Shown: piece after piece, positions 18,748-27,812 of the stretch
How positions within the stretch are numbered: position 1 is the first letter of the stretch
How the letters are laid out: every line of letters starts with the position of its first letter
Position numbers and translations under genes: made by a program
Virus record (IMG/VR): IMGVR_UViG_3300006127_000002
Length of the DNA: 64,000 nucleotides
Reading direction: 5' to 3' (one strand)
Origin: an uncultured virus (IMG/VR IMGVR_UViG_3300006127_000002)
Taxonomy: Duplodnaviria; Heunggongvirae; Uroviricota; Caudoviricetes
The notes under the pieces: model-generated
Seen by the model: only the letters and a program-made list of their open reading frames with translations
The model's database searches: none
Told to the model about the DNA's origin: nothing

Positions 18748-19665
18748 ATGGCTATTTCACGTTCGCAGCTCCTTAAAGAGCTACTCCCCGGCCTGAACGC
18801 ATTGTTTGGTCTTGAATATGCACGTTACGGCGAAGAGCATAAAGAACTCTACGAAATCGAATCTTCAGAGCGTTCGTTCGAAGAAGAAACGAAGTTGTCG
18901 GGTTTCTCCGCTGCTCCAGTCAAGTCTGAAGGTGCTGCTATCGCTTACGATAACGCGCAAGAAGCTTGGACGACTCGTTACTCACACGAAACCATTGCCC
19001 TTGGTTTTTCGATCACTGAAGAAGCAATTGAAGATAACCTCTACGATTCTTTGTCAGCTCGTTACACCAAGTCATTGGCTCGTGCTATGGCTTACACCAA
19101 GCAAGTTAAAGGTGCTTCGGTTCTGAACAACGGTTTTAACACCAACGGCCAATACAACGGCGGTGACGGCGTTTCCCTGTTCAACACTGCACACCCGCTC
19201 GTTTCTGGTGGTACCAACGCCAACACCCCATCAACCCCTGTTGATCTTAACGAAACTTCTTTGGAAGCTGCCGTTATTCAGATCGCTGCATGGACTGATG
19301 AACGCGGTCTGTTGATCGCTGCTAAGCCACGCAAACTGGTTGTGCCTCCTTCATTGATGTTCGTTGCTACCCGTCTGTTGGAAACCAAACTCCGTGTTGG
19401 TACAAACAACAACGATATCAGCGCCATTAACAACAACGGCACTGTTCCAGAAGGTTACACTGTTAACCACTTTTTGACCGACGTTAACGCATGGTTCTTG
19501 TTGACCGACGTTCCTAACGGTCTGAAGCACTTCGTTCGTACTCCGCTGCAAAACAGTATGGACGGCGATTTCGACACTGGCAACGTACGTTACAAGTCAC
19601 GCGAGCGTTACAGCTTCGGCTGGTCTGATCCGCTCGGTGCTTGGGGTTCGTCAGGTTCGTTCTAA
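18748..19665 (+). CDS. Major capsid protein (Mu gpT-like family)
   Basis: MAISRSQLLKELLPGLNALFGLEY...GGDGVSLF...KPRKLVVPP...DGDFDTGNVRYKSRERYSFG; strong AAGGAG RBS; followed by a terminator. Confidence 0.92.
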   Translation: MAISRSQLLKELLPGLNALFGLEYARYGEEHKELYEIESSERSFEEETKLSGFSAAPVKSEGAAIAYDNAQEAWTTRYSHETIALGFSITEEAIEDNLYDSLSARYTKSLARAMAYTKQVKGASVLNNGFNTNGQYNGGDGVSLFNTAHPLVSGGTNANTPSTPVDLNETSLEAAVIQIAAWTDERGLLIAAKPRKLVVPPSLMFVATRLLETKLRVGTNNNDISAINNNGTVPEGYTVNHFLTDVNAWFLLTDVPNGLKHFVRTPLQNSMDGDFDTGNVRYKSRERYSFGWSDPLGAWGSSGSF

Positions 19666-19672
19666 GTGCCCC

Positions 19673-19735
19673 GCTAACTACTTCGGTGGTTAGTCGCAGC
19701 CCCCTAGCTCACAAGGTTGGGGGGCTTGCTTTTTT
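19673..19735 (+). terminator. UUCG hairpin (19673-19694) plus Rho-independent terminator (19698-19735)
   Basis: GCTAACTAC-TTCG-GTGGTTAGT, then AGCCCCCTA...TGGGGGGCT followed by a T-run. Confidence 0.85.
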
Positions 19736-19780
19736 GTGTAAATTACTTGCACATACTTTATTTTGGTGTATTATTAGCAT

Positions 19781-19859
19781 ATCTGGGATTTATACCTTAC
19801 TTGACTGCCCCAGCAGACGATGCAACGATTGGTAAGGTACTTTTGCATAAGGAATTATT
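19781..19859 (+). ncRNA. Candidate structured 5' leader RNA (three interleaved helices)
   Basis: CTGGG/CCCAG, TACCTTAC/GTAAGGTA and ATGCAA/TTGCAT pairings adjacent to the RBS; possible promoter TTGCAC-N16-TATTAT at 19747-19774. Confidence 0.45.
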
Positions 19860-20576
19860 ATGGCTCGCGCTACCTTCGAAGGTCCAATTCTATCTGGCGA
19901 TCAGCGTTTCGGCGCTTTACGTAACGTCGGTTACACAGATTTAGTACAAGCAGCAGACATTGATTTAACTGTTACCACTAACGGCTCGGCTAACTACGGC
20001 GGTGCTTCTGGTCAGTTTGTTAATGCTAACGGCATACCTAACTTAAACGCTGTTGTTTATCAACCTTCTTCTTCAGTATACCCATCAGTAGCTCAAACTA
20101 TTCCTGCTGATTCGGCAACAAACATCTATCGTGGTGCAGTTATGTATCTGCCCTACGGTTCATCAATCAACGACATTTTTGTAGATATCGGTGTTGTTCC
20201 GGCTATTACTACCGGCACGTTGACCTCGACGACTGTTTATGTATCGAACAACTACACTGCAGCCGCTGGTACAGCCGCTTATGCTAACACCGCAGTTTTA
20301 ACTTCACCTGCTGTTGGTCGTCAGTCATTGGCTACTTTCACCGCTACTCAACTAGCTAACCAAGCGTCCACGAGCGCAGACATTCTAGTTTCTAACGGCG
20401 CAGGTACAAACCCCAATGCCTCTAAACTTTCACAGGTTGTGTTTACTGTAGCTATTGTGGGTACTTCCTTAGCTGGCCCAATTACTGGCGGTAAGTTTTA
20501 CTTCACCGTTCGTTACACCCAGCTTGATGGCAGCATCGGTACCACGACTACATACCCATACGGCAACCTCGATTAA
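19860..20576 (+). CDS. Virion structural protein (beta-rich)
   Basis: MARATFEGPI N-terminus; T/A/S-rich; follows MCP. Confidence 0.7.
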   Translation: MARATFEGPILSGDQRFGALRNVGYTDLVQAADIDLTVTTNGSANYGGASGQFVNANGIPNLNAVVYQPSSSVYPSVAQTIPADSATNIYRGAVMYLPYGSSINDIFVDIGVVPAITTGTLTSTTVYVSNNYTAAAGTAAYANTAVLTSPAVGRQSLATFTATQLANQASTSADILVSNGAGTNPNASKLSQVVFTVAIVGTSLAGPITGGKFYFTVRYTQLDGSIGTTTTYPYGNLD

Positions 20577-20586
20577 TTAATCCCGC

Positions 20587-20608
20587 AGGGGCTATGGCCC
20601 CTTTCTTT
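20587..20608 (+). terminator. Rho-independent terminator
   Basis: AGGGGC-TATG-GCCCCT-TTCTTT. Confidence 0.65.
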
Positions 20609-20625
20609 GATTTAGGAGATTAATT

Positions 20626-21132
20626 ATGACGATGCAATATGACGTAAAAAGTTCGCACCTTACGGGGTCTGGACTTATGGCTGCAGGGCGTACTCGCCTA
20701 AAAAACTTGATTTATCTTGGTACAGGTACTGCTGGTAGCGTCGACATTTTTGATGCAGTTACTGCACCGGTATCGGCTACTTATGCTCGTTCTGGCAATA
20801 TTGTAACTGTAACTGCAACTGCTCACGGTTTAACCTCGGGTCAAAATATTGGCCTTACTTTTGCTGCCGCTGCAGGGTCGTCTGCTACCGCTGGTAACTA
20901 CATCGTTACTGTAACTGGTGCAAACACATTTACCGTTACAGACATTAACTCTGGCACAATTGCTGGAGGCACTGCTTGTATTTATTCGACTGGTAGGTGG
21001 ATGACTAGCTACAATACCGGCACTGCAGTTCAACCTTTCCAAGTTATTTTTTCTGGTGAAGGTATTTTGGCTCAGTTAGGTATTTATGCTGTTGTGACTA
21101 ATATTAACTACCAGACAATTCAGTATGGCTAA
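20626..21132 (+). CDS. Virion structural protein with a small inserted beta domain
   Basis: VTVTATAHGLTSGQ...GNYIVTVTGANTFTV module within a short structural ORF. Confidence 0.65.
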   Translation: MTMQYDVKSSHLTGSGLMAAGRTRLKNLIYLGTGTAGSVDIFDAVTAPVSATYARSGNIVTVTATAHGLTSGQNIGLTFAAAAGSSATAGNYIVTVTGANTFTVTDINSGTIAGGTACIYSTGRWMTSYNTGTAVQPFQVIFSGEGILAQLGIYAVVTNINYQTIQYG

Positions 21133-21523
21133 GCCCGGGCTTTACGCTAATATTCACGCTAAGCAAGAGCGTATTAAAGAAGGCTCCGGTGAAAAGATGC
21201 GTAAACCGGGTAGTAAAGGTGCCCCCACTGCAAAAGCATTTGAAGAGTCCGCAAAGACTGCAAAAATGAAAAAGGGTGGGGTATCTCTTGCTGTTGGTCG
21301 TGGGGAAAAATTACCTGTATCGCAAGGTGCAGGACTCACTGCTAAAGGACGTGCCAAATATAACGCTGCTACAGGTTCACATTTGAAAGCGCCACAGCCA
21401 GAAGGTGGCCCACGTAAGAAGTCGTTTTGTGCCCGTATGAGCGGTATGCCCGGCCCGATGAAAGATGAAAAAGGTCGCCCCACTAGGAAAGCGGCAAGTC
21501 TTAAACGGTGGAACTGCAAATGA
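21125..21523 (+). CDS. Small basic protein (DUF6321-like C-terminus)
   Basis: GLYANIHAK N-terminal module, MKKGG motif, RKKSFCARM...SLKRWNC C-terminal module. Confidence 0.7.
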   Translation: MAKPGLYANIHAKQERIKEGSGEKMRKPGSKGAPTAKAFEESAKTAKMKKGGVSLAVGRGEKLPVSQGAGLTAKGRAKYNAATGSHLKAPQPEGGPRKKSFCARMSGMPGPMKDEKGRPTRKAASLKRWNCK

Positions 21524-21768
21524 GCATCGAAAACTTAACTAAAAACGAATTGCTTGATCTAGTTAGGGACGCTATTAAACAGGCAGTTGAGAGTAATCCA
21601 TTATCGGAAGAAGAAGTTAAATGGGTTAGATTGGCGATAGAGAACGAAGCAAAAAGAGCAGAGTTCCGCAAAGCCATTATTGAAAAGACTCTTGGTGGCT
21701 TGGCTTGGTCAGCTTTGTGTGGTGTTGGATATTTAGCCCTTGAGTTCGTTAAAACACACTGGAAATAA
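21520..21768 (+). CDS. Small protein with C-terminal transmembrane helix
   Basis: ATG 21520 overlaps the upstream stop; LGGLAWSALCGVGYLAL hydrophobic segment. Confidence 0.65.
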   Translation: MSIENLTKNELLDLVRDAIKQAVESNPLSEEEVKWVRLAIENEAKRAEFRKAIIEKTLGGLAWSALCGVGYLALEFVKTHWK

Positions 21769-21769
21769 C

Positions 21770-22489
21770 ATGCCTAGCGTATCCGACAAACAAGCCAGAT
21801 TCATGCGAGCAGTAGCAAATAACCCTGATTTTGCAAAGAAAGTAGGTGTTCCTAAGGCTGTTGGGGAAGACTACATGGAAGCAGATAAAGGAAAAAAACT
21901 TGGCCCTGTAAACCGCCCTGATTTACAAGGTGTTAATAAGCCTAAAACTAATCATGGCGAAATGAACTTATTTAAGAAAGGTGGGGTTATGAAAGAATCC
22001 AAATCTGAAATGAAAAAAGAAATGGCTGCTGACAAGAAGCAAGATGTTGCCATGATTAAGAAAGCGTTCAAAGAGCATGATGCTCAAGAACACAAAGGCC
22101 AGAAAGGTACTAAGATCGTCTTGAAAAAAGGTGGTGATGTGAAAAAATATGCAGCCGGTGGCAAGATTCAAGCCGAGATGAACAAACAACTACCTAAAGG
22201 CGTGGATAAAAAAGGTATTGTCCCTGAGTCAAAACAAATGGGGATGCTCGGTATGAAATCAGGTGGCATGGCTAAAGTTCGCAAAACCGAAATGGTCAAA
22301 ATGGCTAGCGGTGGCAGCGTAAAAGAAGCTCGTATGGAACCCGCTAAAATGGGTAAAGTTGCTCGTATGGATGCAGGTCCAGCTAAAAAAGAATCACGTT
22401 TGGAACCAGCAAGTATGGGTAAAGTTAAAACCAACAGCAGCCCAGATGGTATTGCAACTAAAGGCCGCACCCGTGGTCGTTATCTATAA
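21770..22489 (+). CDS. Lys/Met-rich protein with five xxxGG motifs and C-terminal DGIATKGRTRGR
   Basis: ATG 21770 (MPSVSDKQ); FKKGG, LKKGG, YAAGG, MKSGG, MASGG. Confidence 0.8.
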   Translation: MPSVSDKQARFMRAVANNPDFAKKVGVPKAVGEDYMEADKGKKLGPVNRPDLQGVNKPKTNHGEMNLFKKGGVMKESKSEMKKEMAADKKQDVAMIKKAFKEHDAQEHKGQKGTKIVLKKGGDVKKYAAGGKIQAEMNKQLPKGVDKKGIVPESKQMGMLGMKSGGMAKVRKTEMVKMASGGSVKEARMEPAKMGKVARMDAGPAKKESRLEPASMGKVKTNSSPDGIATKGRTRGRYL

Positions 22490-22498
22490 GGAACTAGC

Positions 22499-22690
22499 AT
22501 GAAAGACGAAATGATGAAAGAACCAAAAATGTTTTCTTCAATGCCCCACCACGACGACACGATGGGTATGCACGAAGACGGTGGCCATGTTGCACACCAC
22601 AAACATTTTGCTAAACACTCCGCTGGCCACAAACTGCATCACGAGGCTGTTAAAGCTCTGTGCGGTGGTGGTAAGGCTAAAGGTAAGTAA
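22499..22690 (+). CDS. His-rich small protein
   Basis: 11 His in 63 aa; AAGGA RBS. Confidence 0.7.
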   Translation: MKDEMMKEPKMFSSMPHHDDTMGMHEDGGHVAHHKHFAKHSAGHKLHHEAVKALCGGGKAKGK

Positions 22691-22692
22691 TC

Positions 22693-22953
22693 ATGGCAAC
22701 CGCTCCTAGCGATACCGCATACGAAGAAGATATGTCCCCCGCTGAGCGGATTAAGCTGGACAAGCAAAGACAGCAGGAAGAAAAGGCTTATAACAAGTCT
22801 GATATGAATCCTGACACGGCACCTCCTCCTAAAGAGAAGCCAGAAAAAGAAAAGAAGTTGCCATTGCTCCCTTCGGAAATGGCTAAAGGCGGTAAGGTTC
22901 GTAGTATTGATGGTATTGCTCAACGCGGTAAAACTCGCGCACGTAGAGGTTAA
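22693..22953 (+). CDS. Small protein with MAKGG and DGIAQRGKTRAR motifs
   Basis: ORF track; shares motifs with neighbours. Confidence 0.75.
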   Translation: MATAPSDTAYEEDMSPAERIKLDKQRQQEEKAYNKSDMNPDTAPPPKEKPEKEKKLPLLPSEMAKGGKVRSIDGIAQRGKTRARRG

Positions 22954-22955
22954 TT

Positions 22956-23516
22956 ATGGCTAAGAAAAAAATTAAGCGGTATGACGATGGTGGTGATGTA
23001 GACGGCGGCTTGCGTGAAGTTTCCAAGAGTCGTTTTGACGAAGACACAAATGCCCGTGCCAAGTCTTTCACTGATTCTGGCTATCGTGCGGAAACAATGC
23101 CTGTAGAAAATGAACCTGCTCCTAAGGCTCGTTCACTAAGCTCGCCAAGCCCTGCACCTAAAAAAGCTGCTACAAGCTCGCAAGAAACAATCGGTGCGCA
23201 AGGTATGCGGGAAGCGCCTTCAGCATCATACGGTTCAGATCAAGTAGACCGTCAAGCCCCTGCACCTAAGACAAAACGTACCAGCACTGCAATGGCTCGT
23301 GCAGAAGACGAAACTATTGAGCGGATTAATAAAGCTGTTGCTGAACGTAATGCTAAAAAATCTGAAAGTAAGTCTTCTCCTAGTGTTTATTACAAAAAAG
23401 GTAATGCTAGGAAAACCGACATGGCAGAACAACCATACAAAAAAGGCGGCAAAGTTGGTTTCTCTCGTGGCGATGGTATAGCACAACGCGGTAAAACTAA
23501 AGGTCGGATGGTATGA
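22956..23516 (+). CDS. Low-complexity protein with YDDGG/YKKGG and DGIAQRGKTKGR motifs
   Basis: ORF track; shares motifs with neighbours. Confidence 0.75.
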   Translation: MAKKKIKRYDDGGDVDGGLREVSKSRFDEDTNARAKSFTDSGYRAETMPVENEPAPKARSLSSPSPAPKKAATSSQETIGAQGMREAPSASYGSDQVDRQAPAPKTKRTSTAMARAEDETIERINKAVAERNAKKSESKSSPSVYYKKGNARKTDMAEQPYKKGGKVGFSRGDGIAQRGKTKGRMV

Positions 23517-23782
23517 AATCCAGCCGTGGTATGGGGGCTATTGCCCCCGCCAAACAACCAAAGACTAACAAGTCAGCGGTGCTTTTAAAAGAGGGTGGTA
23601 TGGCTACGAAAAAGAATTGGATTGCTGGCGCTATCAAGAAACCCGGTGCTTTGCGGGCAGAATTGGGCGCTAAAAAGGGTGAACCCATCCCTGCAAAGAA
23701 ACTAGTTGCGGCCGCTAAAAAACCCGGTAAAATTGGTCAGCGGGCACGTCTTGCCGAGACCCTTAAAGGCATGAAAAAATGA
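23513..23782 (+). CDS. Small basic protein (SRGMGAI / LKEGG / WIAGAIKKPGAL)
   Basis: ORF track; ATGA coupling. Confidence 0.75.
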   Translation: MKSSRGMGAIAPAKQPKTNKSAVLLKEGGMATKKNWIAGAIKKPGALRAELGAKKGEPIPAKKLVAAAKKPGKIGQRARLAETLKGMKK

Positions 23783-24525
23783 CAACCACGGGTACCGTTG
23801 CGTTTAACCTAGACCTAGGCGACCTTGTAGAAGAGGCATTCGAGAGATGCGGCAAAGAGGTTCGTTCGGGCTATGATTTTCGCACGGCTCGTCGTAGTTT
23901 GAATTTGCTTACAATTGAATGGGCAAATAGGGGCATTAATCTGTGGACGATTGAGCAGGGCGTTATTCCACTTATACAAGGAGTTAATACCTATGACTTA
24001 CCTACGGACACTATTGACCTACTTGAACACCAAATACGAACAAACGCTGGGCAACAAAATAACCAAACCGACATTACTATTTCTCGTATTAGTGTTTCTA
24101 CTTACTCTACTATACCCAATAAACTAGCTCAGGGTAGACCGATTCAAGTTTGGATTAACCGCCAGTCAGGTGCAGATTATCCTACAGGAAATACCCCAGA
24201 TCGTAAACCGCAAATCACTGTATGGCCCACGCCGGATCAGGGCACATTATCAAGCCCATATTATCAATTTGTTTACTGGCGCATGCGTCGTATTCAAGAT
24301 GCGGGTAATGCGGTGAATACACAAGATATTCCGTTTCGCTTCCTTAATGCAATGGTAGCGGGACTTGCTTATTATTTGTCGTTAAAGTTAGAAGGCATCG
24401 ACCCACAACGCATCCTTGGCCTGAAAGCTGACTATATGGAGCAGTACCAGTTAGCTGCTGATGAAGATAGGGAGAAGGCTCCGATACGGTTTATACCACG
24501 TCAGATGTACTTAGGGAATGGCTAA
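23779..24525 (+). CDS. Putative head-tail adaptor / neck protein
   Basis: EEAFERCG..TARRSLNLL..WANRGINLW..GRP..VWPTPD..GLAYY pattern; position. Confidence 0.65.
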   Translation: MTTTGTVAFNLDLGDLVEEAFERCGKEVRSGYDFRTARRSLNLLTIEWANRGINLWTIEQGVIPLIQGVNTYDLPTDTIDLLEHQIRTNAGQQNNQTDITISRISVSTYSTIPNKLAQGRPIQVWINRQSGADYPTGNTPDRKPQITVWPTPDQGTLSSPYYQFVYWRMRRIQDAGNAVNTQDIPFRFLNAMVAGLAYYLSLKLEGIDPQRILGLKADYMEQYQLAADEDREKAPIRFIPRQMYLGNG

Positions 24526-24942
24526 ATGACTACGATGTTCGCATCTGGTAAGTTTGCTATTGCGGAGTGCGATAGATGTGGGTTTCGTTATAAATTGACG
24601 ACGCTTAAAAAACTTACGATTAAGACAAAGAATGTCAGCATCAAAGTATGTAAAGAATGTTGGGAGATGGATCATCCGCAGTTACAATTGGGTATGTATC
24701 CGGTTAATGATCCTCAAGCTGTACGAGAACCTCGCCGAGACAATAGTTATTACCAGTCCGGCTATACAGGGTTGGATATATACGTGAATGGTGGTATTGG
24801 GGTGTTAGCAAATGGCACTCCAAGTGGGGGTAGTAGAGTGTTTCAGTGGGGTTGGAACCCCGTAGGTATGAAATATGATTTTAACGAAACACAAAACGAT
24901 CTAAAAGCCAAAGGTAATGTAGGGCAAGTAACCATAAGTTAA
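24526..24942 (+). CDS. Conserved protein with CxxC...CxxC
   Basis: ECDRCG and VCKECW, then HPQL..DPQAVREPR. Confidence 0.7.
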   Translation: MTTMFASGKFAIAECDRCGFRYKLTTLKKLTIKTKNVSIKVCKECWEMDHPQLQLGMYPVNDPQAVREPRRDNSYYQSGYTGLDIYVNGGIGVLANGTPSGGSRVFQWGWNPVGMKYDFNETQNDLKAKGNVGQVTIS

Positions 24943-24952
24943 GGAGCCAATC

Positions 24953-25087
24953 ATGGCAGAAAGCAAAAAAGTAAGTAGCAAGAAGTCTGGCGGCAAGACT
25001 AATGAAGGTATGCTTGCTAACGGTCGTAGCCGTGAAAAGTTAGCTAACCAGTTTGGTTCAGTTCAACTCAAGGGTAAAGGCAAATAA
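24953..25087 (+). CDS. Small basic protein, 44 aa
   Basis: Hand translation MAESKKVSSKKSGGKTNEGMLANGRSREKLANQFGSVQLKGKGK; AAGGAG RBS. Confidence 0.7.
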   Translation: MAESKKVSSKKSGGKTNEGMLANGRSREKLANQFGSVQLKGKGK

Positions 25088-25088
25088 A

Positions 25089-25277
25089 ATGAATAAGAAA
25101 GAGAATCTTCCAGCACAAATTTATGCGCAGCCCCACACTCCAACCGGTGCAAAACTGGACGAAAAACTTTTGGGTGGTGGTGCGTTTGATTATAGCGATA
25201 TGAAGACTGAGGGTATTACAACTCGCGGTAATGGGTGCGCTACAAAAGGTACAAAAGCTCGTGGCCCGATGGCATAA
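25089..25277 (+). CDS. Small protein with C-terminal RGNGCATKGTKARG motif
   Basis: ATG 25089; motif related to those in the 21770-23516 proteins. Confidence 0.7.
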   Translation: MNKKENLPAQIYAQPHTPTGAKLDEKLLGGGAFDYSDMKTEGITTRGNGCATKGTKARGPMA

Positions 25278-25281
25278 ATAA

Positions 25282-26208
25282 ATGAACTATATACAACTTC
25301 AGCAGGCAATTCAGGATTACGCAGAAAATACTGAATCGCTTTTTGTTACTAACATCCCCCGGTTCATTCAGGAGGCTGAAGATCGTATATACAATTCAGT
25401 TCAAATACCAGCACTACGCAAGAACGTCGAGGGTACTATGTCTTCAGGCAATCCTTACGTTTCATTACCAATGGATTGGCTTTCTAATTATTCTTTTGCA
25501 TTGATTGATAGCACTGGTAACTATAATTACCTGCTTAATAAAGATGTCAACTTCATGCGGGAAGCATACCCAAATCCAAGTACTACCGCTCAACCTAGAT
25601 ATTATGGGTTGTTTGGATCGCAGTACAGTGATGTGAACGAGATGTCTTTAATTGTTAGTCCAACGCCTGACCAAAACTACCAAGTAGAGATGCACTATTT
25701 CTACTACCCACCCACGATTGTTCAAGGTCAAATCGTTACGTTTTCAGGATCATTTGCTGGTGGTACTGGATATACAAGCGGTGTTTATACCAACGTACCT
25801 ATGACCGGCGGCAACGGATATAACGCTACTGCTACCATACTCATAGTTGGCGGTGCGGTGACTCAAGTAACACTTGATAATGGTGGTTCGCTATACGTGG
25901 TTGGTGATTCACTAAGCTTTAGCCCATCAACTATTGGGGCGGGTAACGGCGCAGGTTTTTCAATTACTGTGTCTACTATATCTAATGCTACAGGCACAAG
26001 CTGGCTTGGCGATAATTACGACCCTGTTTTGTTTTATGGCGCTATGCGTGAAGCCATGATATTTATGAAAGGCGAGCAGGATATGGTTGCTTATTACGAG
26101 CAAAAGTATGCGGAAGCCTTAACGCAACTTAAACGCCTTGGCGATGGTCTGGAGCGTGGCGATTCTTACCGGGATGGGCAGACAAAACTGCCGTATAACA
26201 AATTATGA
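25282..26208 (+). CDS. Putative neck/adaptor protein with inserted Gly/Thr-rich beta domain
   Basis: FIQEAEDRI..PRYY..PTPD..YFYYP core interrupted by a GGTGY...NGGSLY module. Confidence 0.65.
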   Translation: MNYIQLQQAIQDYAENTESLFVTNIPRFIQEAEDRIYNSVQIPALRKNVEGTMSSGNPYVSLPMDWLSNYSFALIDSTGNYNYLLNKDVNFMREAYPNPSTTAQPRYYGLFGSQYSDVNEMSLIVSPTPDQNYQVEMHYFYYPPTIVQGQIVTFSGSFAGGTGYTSGVYTNVPMTGGNGYNATATILIVGGAVTQVTLDNGGSLYVVGDSLSFSPSTIGAGNGAGFSITVSTISNATGTSWLGDNYDPVLFYGAMREAMIFMKGEQDMVAYYEQKYAEALTQLKRLGDGLERGDSYRDGQTKLPYNKL

Positions 26209-26639
26209 TCGCACAAGGGCAATGCACGGTATTTAAAACCAACCTACTAAGTGGGTTGGAAAACTTTGCTGTCGGCACACCCTATACATACAAGATAGCT
26301 TTATATACCAGCCTAGCCACGCTTAATAATTCAACCACTACATACTCTGCATCTAATGAAGTAACAGGTTCGGGGTATACGGCTGGCGGTAAAGTTTTAA
26401 CCATTTCTCAGGTTCCTACTGGGGATACTTCAAATAACACTGCGTATATTTCGTTTTCACCAGTGACTTGGAATCCTGCTAGCTTTTCAGCTGCAGCTGC
26501 TTTAATATACAATAGCACTACTAACGCAGCAGTTGCGGTGCTTGATTTTGGCGGCACTAAAACTCAGAATGCGCAGGGCACTTTTACTATTACTTTTCCG
26601 ACGGCGACATCGACTACCGCCATCCTCTCTATAAGTTAG
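26205..26639 (+). CDS. Tail/fibre-associated structural protein
   Basis: KIALYTS..NEVTGSGYTAGG..AVAVLDFG pattern. Confidence 0.65.
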   Translation: MIAQGQCTVFKTNLLSGLENFAVGTPYTYKIALYTSLATLNNSTTTYSASNEVTGSGYTAGGKVLTISQVPTGDTSNNTAYISFSPVTWNPASFSAAAALIYNSTTNAAVAVLDFGGTKTQNAQGTFTITFPTATSTTAILSIS

Positions 26640-26647
26640 GAGTACGT

Positions 26648-27226
26648 ATGAGTTTTGAAAAATCTAAAATTGGGGATAGCGTCGCAGCATCGGCTTCTTT
26701 TGCCCCCGGTTCTACCGAAATGTTTGGCCTAGATGGTGTATATACAGCTGAGTGCTACGATGCACAGGGAAACCTGAAATGGTCTGACTCTATTGAAAAC
26801 TTGACCACGAACGTCGGCCGTCAGAATATGCTGAATTCATACTTCGGTAATACTGGCGGCGGTGCTGTGGTAATGGGCTTGATGGGTACAGGTTCACCTG
26901 CCTATACCGACACACAAAGCTCGCACTCTGGCTGGCTTGAAGTAGGAGGCACAAATGCTCCAACGTACTCGGGAACTCGTAAAACTCCCACCTTCAGTTC
27001 TGCTACGTCTGCTAACCCTTCTGTTCTTACTACTAGCGCTGTTGTTGTATTCTCGATGACAAGTTCTGGTACGGTTGCTGGCGCATTCATTAACGTAGGC
27101 GGATCGTCAACAATTGATAGCACGACTGGTGTTTTGTTCTCGGCTGGTGACTTTACCGCAGGATCAAAGACTGTAACGTCAGGCGACACAATTAACGTCA
27201 CTTACACCCTGAGCGCTTCGGGCTAA
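26648..27226 (+). CDS. Tail/fibre-associated structural protein
   Basis: GNLKW..NLTTNVG..WLE..GVLFSAGDF..SGDTINVTY. Confidence 0.65.
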   Translation: MSFEKSKIGDSVAASASFAPGSTEMFGLDGVYTAECYDAQGNLKWSDSIENLTTNVGRQNMLNSYFGNTGGGAVVMGLMGTGSPAYTDTQSSHSGWLEVGGTNAPTYSGTRKTPTFSSATSANPSVLTTSAVVVFSMTSSGTVAGAFINVGGSSTIDSTTGVLFSAGDFTAGSKTVTSGDTINVTYTLSASG

Positions 27227-27227
27227 T

Positions 27228-27812
27228 ATGTTTTATATATATGCACACTACACTCCGCAAGGACGCTTGTTTTATATAGGCAAGGGTAGTGAGTCTCGTC
27301 GTGCATATAGTTTGAAAGGACGAAACGTATATTGGCATAGGGTTGTTGCAAAACACGGTAAGCCAGAAGTGCAGATACTTGCTGAATGGAAAACAAACCA
27401 AGAGGCGCTTGAACACGAGATTCTTCTAATATCTTGTTTTCGTAGCATGGGTTATGCGCTATGTAACATTACTGAAGGCGGCGAAGGATCACTTGGCACA
27501 GTACCTTGGAACAAGGGGAAACAGTGGAGTGATGAAATCAAAGCCAAGTGCGGCGTAGCAAACAAAGGCAATACGCATTGGCTTGGACGTAAACATAAGG
27601 AAGAGTCAATTCGTAAGCAGCAAATTGCCAAGTCAATATACAAATACATTGGGACTAATAGGGATTCCGGCGAGACAGTTGCCCTTGTAGGTAAAGGTGC
27701 AATAGTAAAAGCAGGATTTACTCCAACCCACGTATACAGATGTGTAGCCGGCAAGATTGGGTATCATAAAGGCTATTCTTGGAAAAAAGAATTATTGAAA
27801 GGTGAAGACTGA
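27228..27812 (+). CDS. GIY-YIG homing endonuclease with NUMOD-type DNA-binding repeats
   Basis: FYIYAH...FYIGKG...RA...E...LCNITEGGEG; PWNKGKQWSDE and LGRKHKEESIRK repeats; basic composition unlike its neighbours. Confidence 0.85.
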   Translation: MFYIYAHYTPQGRLFYIGKGSESRRAYSLKGRNVYWHRVVAKHGKPEVQILAEWKTNQEALEHEILLISCFRSMGYALCNITEGGEGSLGTVPWNKGKQWSDEIKAKCGVANKGNTHWLGRKHKEESIRKQQIAKSIYKYIGTNRDSGETVALVGKGAIVKAGFTPTHVYRCVAGKIGYHKGYSWKKELLKGED

